64,000 nt of DNA. Origin: Chiloscyllium plagiosum. Its lineage: Eukaryota. Position 1 is the first letter of the stretch, and every line of letters begins with the position of its first letter. Of this stretch, positions 14,311 to 27,114 are shown piece by piece. The stretch spans positions 85,153,136-85,217,135 of the forward strand of contig NC_057718.1 in NCBI RefSeq assembly GCF_004010195.1, given 5' to 3'. The translations under genes and the position numbers were made by a program. Below the pieces are notes generated by a model. That model was given only the letters and a program-made list of their open reading frames with translations. It did no database searches and was not told the origin of the DNA.

Positions 14311-15036
14311 GCACTGAGAAACATTTTAAGGTGCAAATAAATAATTACATTCTAAAATACTGCCTGGTTGCACAGATTCATAAAGACTTATATGTTCTGC
14401 AACAAAAGAATTAATTTGAGCTGACAATTGAACCAAAACTCGATTTTGAAAAACTGGTACACTTTAGAACACAATTGCACCCTAGCGAAAACTCTACTTC
14501 AAGCTGTCAGTACCAACTTGCCAGTCATTTACATCAGTCATAATTGTATTGAATGACAAAGCATGCTCAAAGGGCTGAATATTTCACTTCTGGACTAGTA
14601 AAAGTAGTATTTGTCAGGTGAGACATTAAACTGAGATTCCATCTACCATTTGATGATGTAAGCAAGAGACTTCACAACGTTATTTTAAGAATTCATCTGA
14701 AGTCATGGCCCAATATTTAGTGCTCAATCAACATCTAAACACCCTGAACACCACCACTTCACCAACCTTGAAATCGCTTTGCATTTTATTTAATTCCAGT
14801 TTATGGAACCTGACTGTACGAAAATTGGCTGTTGAATTTCATTACAGCAGTTGAGGAAAATACCATACAAATGCAAATTCTTCCTTAATTGAAATAAATT
14901 GTGTGTCAACTGCAAAAAGTGGCCACCGCTAGACTGACTCTGATTAATGGAAAGAAGGAATGTAAAACACCTATTTCAGAGCTAATATAAATTTCCTTCG
15001 CAATTAAGACACTCTAGCTTGCCCACTGGAGATCCA

Positions 15037-15226
15037 GCAGGTCAGGCAGCATCCAGGGAACAGAAGAATCGACGTTTCGGACATAAGCCCTTCTTCAGGA
15101 AGGCTGAAGAAGGGCTTATGCCCGAAACGTCGATTCTCCTGTTCCCTGGATGCTGCCTGACCTGCTGCGCTTTTCCAGCAACACATTTTCAGCTCTGATC
15201 TCCAGCATCTGCAGACCTCACTTTTT
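15037..15226. mobile_element. Fold-back Penelope terminal-repeat mini-element with two opposed hammerhead cores
   Basis: About 63-bp inverted arms; cores at 15071-15098 (-) and 15104-15131 (+); TSD CCACTGGAGATCCA on both sides. Confidence 0.8.
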
Positions 15227-15472
15227 CCACTGGAGATCCAGGCTTGTACACATTGCTGCCAATTGATGGGATGAGATGGGAGATAAGCACACTGTTGACA
15301 AGTCACTTAACACTAAATTTCCCACACAATGTGTCACACTATTAAAACAAGTTCTATACAATATTGTTTTTGGACACAGTTCTCAGAAATATACTTACAA
15401 AAACATGAGGGGGAAGGAGGAAGGACAGAATTCAAATGGATATCTGTCTTCAATTGAATTCTAAAGTACTTA

Positions 15473-15622
<150 letters not shown>

Positions 15623-17139
15623 CTAGAGGGAGGAGAAAGGAATAAAAGTTTCAGCAAGTAAGAATCAAACATTTAACTTTTATTAGAAATTCCCCTTGTT
15701 CTGCCAATATTACAGCAGAATATTGCAAATGTTCAAAATTTGAATTCAGGCAACATCTGTTGACTGAAATAAGGTTAAAGTTTTAGGTAATGAACATTCA
15801 TCAGAACTGTTCCAGCACTTCCACCTTTTCTTCTATTTTAATTACTCTGTTTATTAAGAGTTGCAATTGGTCCAGGGTAAAAATACATTTATGCCCTTAC
15901 ATCCCTCTGACCAAATTTATATTTGGAATACTAAGTAGAAGCAATTTTGTTATGTAGCTCAAAAGATAATACCATGCATGTAGATTTAGCAGTAACTTTC
16001 ACAGGGAATGGATATACACTTAAAGGAGAAATTTGCAGGGCAATGGAGAAACAGCAGAAGATATAAGCACAATTGGATCGCTACTTCAAAAGGGCTAGAA
16101 TGGGTACAATGGGTCAAACGTTCACCTTTTGTGCTGCAAGTACATACTGTAAGTTCAATCTTGTGAAATCTCTCTGTCCATTAGCGATATTGACTTATTT
16201 TAGCAATTGAAATTGTGTGTAGATTCTCAATGTTCTGGATGGTGAATATATCAATGTAACTTCCTAAGTAATAAACATATGGTGCATCAATAAAATCCTC
16301 TTCAGGTTGAAGCAGTGTGATCACAGCCACTAGGAAACTCTGCTTGCCAAGCAAATATTGAGGAATATCTAAGCTTGGTACTGCATAGACCAATGAAGTA
16401 TAGATCAGAAAGCTGAGTACTCTGTGGTGTGATTGGAGATTACATTATGCTGCACCATTTATTTGTGTATTTGCTATAAAATGGAATTTTCATAGTACTG
16501 CAGATAAAAAAGCTAAAATCAATTTTTGTGTCAGTGCTGTAATGTAACTTAAAGTTACAATATAGTTTTATTAAGATTATTAGCAGAAACATATACTCAA
16601 ACAGAATAAAAAGCAGCTCCAATGTTAACCTAGACCACACTGCAGGAACATTGGCCAGCTTCTTCAATTCATGTTTATCCTTACGTTTGCTGGCTTCTAT
16701 TGACTCCTGGCCCAGTTTCTCCCCGATTTTAACATTCTCATTTTCACTGTATCGCTCCTTCTTACCACTGCCTTACAAATCTCTAAAACCTCAAACTTCC
16801 TCAGATGTTGGATACTTGTGCATTTCCCACCTCCTTCACTCCAACTTCTATGGCCAAATTCTCTCAATAAACTTCTTAACCTCTCTTCCTTGAAGTAGTT
16901 TCTCAAAACCTACATATTTGATCAAGTATTTAGTTACCTGTCCTAAGGACTCCTTTTTTTCACGTAGTGTCAGTTTTTATCAGATTCACACTACTATACA
17001 TTGGCCTGGGATATTTCACTTTATCCAATTCAATAATACTGAGAGAATAGAGCATCACATGGATGGTAAGAGATTGATACTAATTATAGCAAATCCTAGT
17101 TAGACATAAGGAGGCTTTGCAGAAGTGAAATCAGGAAAT

Positions 17140-17271
17140 CTTTGAGGAGAAAGTGAGGTCTGCAGATGCTGGAGATCAGAGCTGAAGAAGGGCTTATGCC
17201 CGAAACGTCGATTCTCCTGTTCCCTGGATGCTGCCTGACCTGCTGCGCTTTTCCAGCAACACATTTTCAGC
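17140..17271 (+). mobile_element. Penelope terminal-repeat mini-element with hammerhead core
   Basis: CTGAAGA-AGGGCTTATGCCC-GAAAC-GTC at 17182-17209; 14-bp TSD TGAAATCAGGAAAT at 17126-17139 and 17272-17285. Confidence 0.8.
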
Positions 17272-17757
17272 TGAAATCAGGAAATGTAAGTTCTGAAACA
17301 GAGACAATATTGCAGACACAGTACGGTATTTGAAACTGTGCTCAAAAGTTGAACGCAACAGAGCACAGATCAAAATATGGAAATAAAAATGGAAATAAAA
17401 CGACAGCTGGTGGAGAATGAAGGATGGAAAGAAATAAATCTCATCTTTAACAAAATACTATTGATTAAACCAAGAACTTCATCTTTTGATACATGTCTAT
17501 ACAAACCAATGTCCAGAAGAGAATTCAACAGAATAGATTCATTTTAATATGAAAAGGAGATTTTGTTCCTGGAACAGAATTAAAAGCAAAAGACAGTATC
17601 AAAATGGAACATCATGATGAAAATATTTGCTATATAATCATAAAGGTAATTAGAACACACTACCAGCTAAGCAATAAAAGGCTCCGAATGTTACACTTTG
17701 GTCAAAAACATTTATGCATTAAACAATGAACTGGGTAATACAATACTACAAACCAAC

Positions 17758-17859
17758 CTGATATATTGCTTCATCACTGGCATTCTCCAATCCCAAGTTC
17801 ACCATAGTGTTCTGCAGGGTTCGGCCCATGTAGAACTCCAGAGACAGGTAATAGATACG
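17758..17859 (-). CDS. PYGB: PYGB coding exon 2 (102 nt)
   Basis: ttttgt[36 protein letters not shown]|GTtggt; phase 0/0, continues exon 1. Confidence 0.95.
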
Positions 17860-18499
17860 CTACAAAACATAGGAGAGAGAAACCGTTTATTATAACGGTG
17901 AAGGAAGATGGTGATGAAAGATTTACATTTATATTGCACCTTTCATGACCTCAGGGTGCCCTGAAGCAGGTTATATTGAATGGAGTACTGCTGAAATATT
18001 GTCACGGTTAGGAAACTCAGCAGCTAATTTGTGCACTGCGAAGTCCCACAAACAGCAGTAAGATAATCAATTTTATTTATATTGAGCAAACTGTGTCTAA
18101 GTGAAATCCATTTTGGAAACATTTAATGACTTTCAAAATTTCAAATGACACTTCTTTTCTTCTTTCACAAGATGTGGGCCTTGAAGGCATGGCCAGCATT
18201 TGTTGCCCACTCTCAATTGTCCTTGAACTGAGTGGCTCACTACGTTATTTCAGAGAGCAATTAAGAGTCACCATAGCACTTTTGGTCTGGGGTCATAAGT
18301 AGACTAGACTCAGCAAGGACGACAGATCTCCTTCCCTAAAAAAGGACATCAGTGAACCAGATGGGATTCTAAAACAAACAATTGCTGTTGTCATGGTCAT
18401 CATTACTGAGCCTAGATTTATATTCTAGATTTATTGCTTGAATCTAAATTCCACCACCTGCCATGGCAGGACTTGTGCTCAAAGTCAAAGCGCTCCTAG

Positions 18500-21165
18500 A
18501 TTAGGGAGGGTGGGAAAAAAGGAGGGGGGGTGGCATTGCTAATTAGAAATGGTATAACGGCTGCAGAAAGGAAGTTTGAGGGGGATCTGCCTTTGGAGGT
18601 AGTGTGGGCTGAAGTCAGAAATAGGAAAGGTGCAGTCACCTTGTTGGGTGTTTACTATAGGCCCCCCAATAGCAGCAGAGATGTGGAGAAACAGATTGGG
18701 AAACAGATTTTGGAAAAGTGCAGAAGCCACAGGGTCGTAGTCATGGGCGACTTCAACTTCCCAAATATTGATTGGAAGCTCTTTAGATCAAGTAGATTGG
18801 ATGGGGCGGTGTATGTGCAGTGTGTCCAGGAAGCTTTTCTAACGCAGTATGTAGATTGTCCAACCAGAGGGGAGGCCATATTGGATTTGGTACTCGGTAA
18901 TGAACCGGGACAAGTGGTGGGCTTGTTAGTGGGTGAACATTTTGGTGATGGTGACCACAATTCTGTGACTTTCACCTTGGTTATGGAGAGAGATAGGTGC
19001 GCACAACAAGGTAGATTTTATAATTGGGGGAAGGGAAATTACGATGCTGTAAGGCAGGATTTGAGGAGCATACGTGGGGAGCATAGGCTGTCAGGGAAGG
19101 ATGTGGAGGAAATGTGGAACTTTTTCAAAGAGCAGATACGACGTGTCCATGATATGTATGTACCTACCAGGCAGGAAAGAAATGGTCGTGTGAGGGAGCC
19201 TTGGTTGACGAGAGAGGTTGAAGGTCTGGTAAAGAGGAAGAAGGAGGCATACATAAGGTTGAGGAAACAGGATTCAGACAGAGCAGTGGAGGGATACAGG
19301 ATAGCCAGAAGGGACCTGAAGAAAGGGAATAGGAGAGCTAAGAGAGGGCATGAAAAATCATTGGCGGATAGGATCAAGGATAACCCCAAGGCATTTTATG
19401 CGTATGTGAGAAACCTGAGAATGACGAGAACGAGGGTAGGTCCGATCAAGGACAGTAGTGGGAGACTGTGTATTGAGTCGGAAGAGATAGGAGAGGTCTT
19501 GAACAAGTACTTCTCTTCAGTATTTACGAACGAGAGGGACCGTATTGTAGAAGAGGAGAGTGTGAAATGGACTGGTAAGCTAGAAGAGATACCTGTTAGG
19601 AAGGAAGATGTGTTGGACATTTTGAACAACTTGAGGATAGACAAGTCCCCCGGGCCTGACGGGATATATCCTAGGATTATGTGGGAAGCAAGAGAGGAAA
19701 GTGCAGTACCGTTGGCAATGATCTTCTCGTCTTCACTGGCAACGGGGGTGGTACCAGGGGACTGGAGAGTAGCGAATGCTGTGCCCCTGTTCAAAAAAGG
19801 GAATAGGGATAACCCCGGGAATTACAGGCCAGTTAGTCTCCTTGGGTGGTAGGCAAAGTAATGGAAAGGGTACTGAGGGATAGGATTTATGAGTATCTGG
19901 AAAGACACTGCTTGATTAGGGACAGCCAGCACGGATTTGTGAAGGGTAGGTCTTACCTTACAAGTCTTATTGAATTCTTCGAGGAGGTGACCAAGCATGT
20001 GGATGAAGGTAGAGCAGTGGATGTAGTGTACATGGATTCTAGTAAGGCATTTGATAAGGTTCCCCATGGTAGGCTTATGCGGAAAGTCAGGAGGCATGGG
20101 ATAGAGGGAAATTTGGCCAATTGGATAGAAAACTGGCTAACCGGTCGAAGGCAGAGAGTGGTGGTAGATGGTAAATATTCAGCCTGGAGCCCAGTTACAA
20201 GTGGAGTTCCGCAGGGACCAGTTCTGGGTCCTCTGCTGTTTGTAATTTTTATGAATGACTTGGAAGAGGGAGTCGAAGGATGGGTCAGTAAATTTGCAGA
20301 TGATACGAAGATAGGTGGAGTTGTGGACAGTGAGGAGAGCTGTTGTCGGCTGCAGAGGGACTTAGATATGATGCAGAGCTGGGCAGAGGAGTGGCAGATG
20401 GAGTTCAACCCTGCCAAGTGTGAGGTTGACCATTTTGGAAGAACAAATAAGAATGCAGAATACAGGGTTAACGGTAGGGTTCCTAGTCAGGTGGAGGAAC
20501 AGAGGGATCTTGGGGACTATGTACATAGATCTTTGAAGGTTGCCACTCAGGTGGATAGAGTTTGTAAGAAGGCCTATGGAGTATTATCGTTCATTAGCAG
20601 AGGGATTGAATTCAAGAGTCGTGAAGTGATGTTGCAGCTGTACAGGACTTTGGTTAGGCCACAGTTGGAGTACTGTGTGCAGTTCTGGTCGCCTCACTTT
20701 AGGAAAGATGTGGAAGCTTTGGAGAGGGTGCAGAGAAGATTTACCAGGATGTTGCCTGGAATGGAGAATAAGTCGTACGAGGATAGGTTGAGAGTTCTCG
20801 GCCTTTTCTCGTTGGAACGGCGAAGGATGAGGGGTGACTTGATAGAGGCTTATAAGATGATCAGAGGAATAGATAGAGTAAACAGTCAGAAACTTTTTCC
20901 CCGGGTACAACAGAGTGTTACAAGGGGACATAAATATAAGGTGAAGGGTGGAAGGTATAGGGGAGATGTCAGGGGTGGGTTCTTTACCCAGAGAGTGGTG
21001 GGGGCATGGAATGCCCTGCCCGTGGGAGTGGTAGAGTCGGAATCATTGGCGACCTTTAAGCGGCATTTGAATAGGTACATGGATGGGTACTTAATCTAGG
21101 TTACAAGTTCGGCACAACATCGTGGGCCGAAAGGCCTGTTCTGTGCTGTATTGTTCTATGTTCTA
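18500..21165 (+). mobile_element. Young 5'-truncated CR1 LINE; ORF2 (endonuclease and RT) split by one frameshift
   Basis: ORFs 18530-19852 (VYYRPP, MGDFNFP, DHN) and 19846-21099 (GVPQG, FADDTK) are consecutive; GTTCTAT-repeat tail. Confidence 0.95.
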
Positions 21166-21384
21166 AAACCTCACTTGCAGACTTGAATTTTGTTTGGCTC
21201 ATGGGATATGATATCAGCGGCAAAACCAGCATTTATTGTCCATCACAAGGTTGGTGTACAGGTCACTTAACAAGTAATCCAGAGGCCCAGGTTAACTCAC
21301 TGGAGACACAAGTTCAAATTTCATTGCAACAGCTGATGAGATTTTATATTTAATTAAGCTCAGTCCATTAAAAACTTAGGTTGG

Positions 21385-21498
21385 AGGCCCTCTTGTAGTG
21401 CAGAGGTAGAGTCCTTCCCCCAGACCAGGAGATTTGGGTTCAAATCTCACCGACTCCACAGGCATATAACAACATCTCTGAACAGGTTGGTTAGAAAA
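21385..21498 (+). mobile_element. Short tRNA-headed SINE (second copy on - near 29155-29275)
   Basis: A-box-like TAGTGCAGAGG, B-box-like GGTTCAAATCTC, shared acatctctgaacaggttg body. Confidence 0.5.
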
Positions 21499-23846
21499 AC
21501 AGGCAAAAAGAAATAAAAACCTGGATTAGATCAACAGGTGACTGGTATTCAGGGGCCCAAAAACCCAGCTGGTTCACAAAAGGTCCTTTAAGAAAAGACA
21601 ACTGGTCTGGCCTAAGTAACTCCTAACCCTCAGCAACATGGTTGCTCTCCACTGCTCTCACAGGCAAAAGTGATGGTGACAAATGCTGGTGCAGTATTAA
21701 TAAGCAATAAAGAATTGCTTGAGAAGGATGCTGATCTTTTTCTAGGTGGTAAAATTTTTGTATTTGGCAGGGGCTGTCAGAAAGGCATCACTCTCTTACT
21801 GCAGTGCCAGCTATTGTTGGTACACACTGCTGGCCAGAGAGACAGTGAATGTTTAGAGGAGGAGATGGGGTGCCAATCATGTGGCTGCTTTATCCTGGAT
21901 GAAGCTTGAGTGCTGTTGAGGCTTCACTCATCCAGGCAAGAGGAAGAGTATTCATCACACTCGTATGGACAGGCTTTGGGAAATCAGTGAGTTACCCACT
22001 GCAAAGTTCCCAGCTTCTGACATGTTCTTACAGTCACAGATCCTGGGTTGTAGATAGACGGGCATAAACAGTAATGCTGTTGAATGTCAGTGGGAGAGGT
22101 TTAGACACACATATTGAAGATGGTCACTGCCTGGGCATTTATGTGGTGTGAATGTTAATTACTATCCATCAGCCCATGTACGAATATGGTCTAGGTCTTG
22201 CTGCATCGACCACTTCAGTATTTGAGGTATCCCAAGTGGTGCTGAATATGCTCAGTGAACACCCTCACTTCTGACTTTGCCAATGAACATTAATGCAGAC
22301 GTGGAATGGGAGTGCCAACTGGAAAAATCAAAAATGATGGTTCCCAGTCATAAGGATATAGTTTCAGAAATATATGAAGTCTTCACTCCAAGAGCCTAAT
22401 AAAGACTCCTCCTGTTGATTTTGAATTAATCTATGCAAAGACTGTGGAAGCTGAGGCTTCAGAGCAGAGAACCATATGGCAAGATTCAACAAAGCGCTCA
22501 ATATTGTGAGGCGTTTTGAAGGTATAACAGGAATAATCTGTTTGTCTGCAGGAGGGTCAGGAACCAAAACATAAACAAGTGGCAAAAGAACCAGAAAAGA
22601 ACTATTTATTTGTTATGATCTAGAAGATCCGAGTAACTTTCAAAAACAAAACCTGGATCAATATTTTGGGGAACTATTACAGGAGGAGTGAAGTTTATTG
22701 ACTAAATGCTTTGAGAATCAAGCGCAAGCACAATGATCAAAAGTCTTTTGATCATTGGGTTGGTATAGGTAGCACCAATGGCAATGAGCAACTGTTTTTA
22801 TCAGGACAATACACACAGACATTGTAACAGATAGATTCAGATTACTATAGACCCAAAATGACTACGCATAGCTACCATTCAGAAACTGGCATAGCTGCTA
22901 AACCACTGGCAGCAGTGTGTCATTATGGAATAGTTTGCTGGGTCAGTTCAGAGGGCAGTTAAGAGTCAACTACGTCAATATCGAGTCACATACAGGCCAG
23001 ACCTGATAATGAAGGCACAGCTAATTCCATAAAGGACATTAGTGAATCAGACAGATTTTAACAGCAATCTGGTTTGGTCATCATTACTACTGAGACAAGT
23101 TTTACATTCCAGGTTTACTTTTTAACTGAAGTTAAATTCATCAGCTACAGCAATGAGATAGGATCTCGGAATCATTAGCTCTGGTTTCTGGATTACGAGT
23201 GCAGTAACATAACCACTGGACTACTGTTCTGTTTCAGCAGCTTTCATAGTCATTTCTGTTCTCTCTGGAGCCAGCCCAGATACCTCGCTGATTGTGGCAT
23301 GGTGCATAAACAAATCATTATTGCAATCAGACAATAATCAACTATACACTGAACATGTTTTGATTGCAAAAGGTTGCCCAATCGCACAGCACAACGTGAA
23401 GTAAAATGCACCAAATGTTAGTGCTTGCAGCACAGAATCATAAAACATCATATTGACTAAGTTTCACAACATGGTTAGACCAAACAGTACGCTTTGAGCA
23501 TAAACACGCAGGATATGAAGTACTTTGTGAGGCACAAGCACGTGAACTTTGCTGTGCCTCACTGTACAGTGTACTTTGTACCTGCTCAAAGTACATACCT
23601 AAGTTTCAACAACTTGGTTAGACCAAACAAAATACTTGGAGCTGAAACAGACATTACAATCTATTTTGTGCACACACAAGGCAGAACACATGCACGATGG
23701 TATACACTGTGAGAGTGCCCACAGCACAGTGTCATCTTTGCACTTCCACAGTATAACATGCAATGTGCACTGCAAGATGACATCTATAAGTCAATATTAA
23801 AAAATTAAACATTTCTACGACACATTCATACACAATGCACACACTG

Positions 23847-24057
23847 TATAGGGGAGATGTCAGGGGTGGGTTCTTTACCCAGAGAGTGGTGGGGGCATGG
23901 AATGCGCTGCCCGTGGGAGTGGTAGAGTCGGAATCATTGGCGACCTTTAAGCGGCATTTGGATAGGTACATGGATGGGTACTTAATCTAGGTTAGAAGTT
24001 CGGCACAACATCGTGGGCCGAAGGGCCTGTTCTGTGCTGTATTGTTCTATGTTCTAT
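23847..24057 (+). mobile_element. 3' end of the same young CR1 family
   Basis: Differs from 20956-21165 at only about 4 positions. Confidence 0.9.
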
Positions 24058-25850
24058 AACTAGTCTAGGTGATGTTACCACAATGCAACCACAGCATCAA
24101 ATGCATTAACATAATGGCTACTTTACTGGAAACAAGAGAACGGCATCCATAATCTAGAAAAATATAGGTTGAATATTAATTGCAGGGATTTGTCTCAAAA
24201 CTTGGCTCAATTGCAGTAAAGGAGTCTGGAGGCGACTGTGGCACAGTTGTGAAGGAGATTTGACCAATTAAGAAGAGTTTCTCCAGATGCTCGGCCCAAT
24301 AAAAGGATGGCAGGTCGATCCCACGACCTGAATGCAGTTAAGGTTCTGGGGAACTAGCAGTCCCACCCGGAAATATGGGTGCAGTCACTGTAGGTGGGAG
24401 GCCAGTGAAGACATCTGAAGATAGAAATACTCTCTGAACACTTGTAAATAACACAAAACATCCATTGACCAGAGTTGTCGGGTTAACACAGCAACAGGAG
24501 TACTCTTCTCCAGAATGGTAATAAACTGCAGCTTTCTTACATCAGCATATCCAACATTGCAGATATGCCTCTGATTATTGACACGTTGCCATAATTCCTC
24601 AAGGGAATCCATCGAGAGGTCTACTTGGCTATTCTGATATACTTTTCTCATTTACTTTACTAGGTAACTGCTTGCCCAGTTCAAATAAGTTTCTTATACA
24701 TAGAAAAAGTATCACTACCATTTAAAGTGAACTGCTAAAGGGTCACTTAATCAACTGCTAAAGTGTCGACCAGCTTGATGTTTTTACTCATTTTTAGTTA
24801 GGTCGTGCAATTATCATCCAAAAACTGCCATCCTTGTTTTCATCCTTCATGACCTTCGCTCCTCCCTTATTTTCGCAAGCTTGTCCAGCCATACAATCTA
24901 TCAGGATCTGTATTCCTCCAATTCTGCTCTCTTCCCATATTTATGGAAAGACACAAAGGAGTTGGCGGTGGCTCAGAGGTGGTTTACTAGATTGATGCTA
25001 GAAATCACAGCATGTCAGGCAGCATCAGAGGAGGGTGAGCGAGCTAACATGGAGTCTAGATAGCTCCTCTTCATTTTTGTTTTCAGTACAGATTCCAGAA
25101 TCTGCAGTAATTTGCTCCTTTACTAGATTGATACCTGGAATGAGTGGATTGTCTTATGAAGATAGGTTGGACACGTGGACAATATGGACACTTTTTTTCA
25201 GAAAAGTGAGGGGTGACTTGGTTGAAATGTATAAGATACTGAATAGTCTTGACAAGGTGGACACAAGAAGAGTCCTTCTTCTTGTGAGTGATTTCAGAAC
25301 TGAGGGCCTCAATTAGGGGTTAACTTTTTCGACAATAATGAAAAGAAACGTTTTCTCTTCAAGGCTTGCTCGACTTTGAAACAATCTGCTTAAAAATAAA
25401 GGATGTGGGGTTGAACATTTTTAAAGCAGTAGTAAATTTATTCCGTTACCTAAAAATCATCTTAGGTTATCAGAAGTAAATGGAATGTGGAGTTCAAAAC
25501 ACAAATAAATCAGCCATGATCTAATTAAATGATAGAGCAGGCTCGAGATTCCATATGGTCTACTTCTGCTCCTATTTCATATGTTCGTAGGCTTGGGATC
25601 CAGAAGAGTAATTCAAAAACACATCATAGAATAGCACAGAAAGATTCACAAAGGCTATAGGAATGTTAGCCTCCACATTAGTGAACCAGATGGGATTTTA
25701 CAACAATCAATGCCAGCTATTATGGTCATCATTCCTGAACCTAGTTTTATATCAATGAAATTCTGGCCTCTACACTTAGAAGACTAGAATGTAGGAAGTT
25801 AGATGTAACACTATTCTTTGCAAAGCCCTAGCTAGGCCACATCTAGACTA

Positions 25851-26055
25851 CTGCAGGTGTTGGAGATCAGAGTTGAAGTGTTGGTGCTGGAAAAGCGCAG
25901 CTGGTCAAACAGCATCCAAGGAGCAGGAGAATTGATGTTTTGAGCATAAGCTCTTCACCAGGAATTCCTGATGAAGAACTTATGCTCAAAACATTGATTT
26001 TCTTGCTCCTTAGATGCTGCCTGACTGGCTGTACTTTTCCAGCACCACTCTCTTT
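25851..26055. mobile_element. Penelope terminal-repeat fold-back element (decayed cores)
   Basis: Long inverted arms centred on GGAATTCC near 25961; 13-bp TSD CACATCTAGACTA at 25838-25850 and 26056-26068; inserted in a CR1 relic. Confidence 0.75.
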
Positions 26056-27114
26056 CACATCTAGACTATAGCAGTTCTGGAAGGAACTAAGGAAGGAAAT
26101 GTATGCCTTGGAGAAACGTAATTTTACAAGAATATTATCTGGATTCTCAGGATTAAATTACAAAGAATAACTAGATAAATTATGGTTGTATTTCCTTGAA
26201 GTTAGAAGGTTATGCTTTATGTGATCAAAGGTTTCAAGATATTAATAAAGTAAAGTAGTGAGAGGATAAATAATTTTTCCTCCATCTATCCAGTTTGGGA
26301 ATTCTACAATTTAGGAGCTTAGAATAAAAATAACAGCCAGAGGCCTAAGAAATTAAATTAGGAAACATCTTTACAATTTGGAGTATTCCCAAAAACAGCA
26401 ATTTGAAAATAAACATTTTCGGCTGCTGGTTAATCATAACAAAAGATTACCTGGTTACTATTTCAATGCTATTTATACTTGACAGACACTACACTTCAAA
26501 AGTCATTGTTTGTAAAATGCTTCAAGAAAGCAATATAAAATGCTACGTTGTGAAAGCACAATAAAAAATGCAAATTTTTTGATAAAAAGCTAATTACCTA
26601 AACCATTTTTCAATACAGTCATAGAGATGTACTGCACGGAAACAGATCCTTCGGTCCAACTTGTCCATGCCGACCAAATATCCTAAATTAATCTAGTCCC
26701 ATATCTCTCCAAACTCTTCTTATTCATACACCCATGCAGATGCCTTTTAACTGTTGTAATTGTACCAGCCTCCACCACTTCCTCTGGCAACTCATTCTAT
26801 ACACACATCTTCCTTTGTGTGAACATACCACCTTTTACGTAAACCTTTAATAAAGTAATTCTTTCTTAAATCACTGGTCAAAATGCAGAACCAACAAGCT
26901 CTGAAAAAAAATATGCACGGTCTCTGTGTTTCAAGCACACAATCCTCGGACATGGATGGCTCAACAAGTCATGGAAATTTCAGCTAGCGGTTTAACATCC
27001 TAAAAATTACACCATCTACATACACAACTGCTGCTAAGCTAAAATATACTGCAGAGGCCCAATGGTATCATTCTCACCCAAACCAGAAGATTGCAGGTTC
27101 AAGCCCTCACTCAC

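Noticed and set aside
18530..21099. Longest ORFs (440 and 417 aa) as a novel host gene
   Set aside because: They are CR1 endonuclease/RT with a LINE tail and no splice structure.
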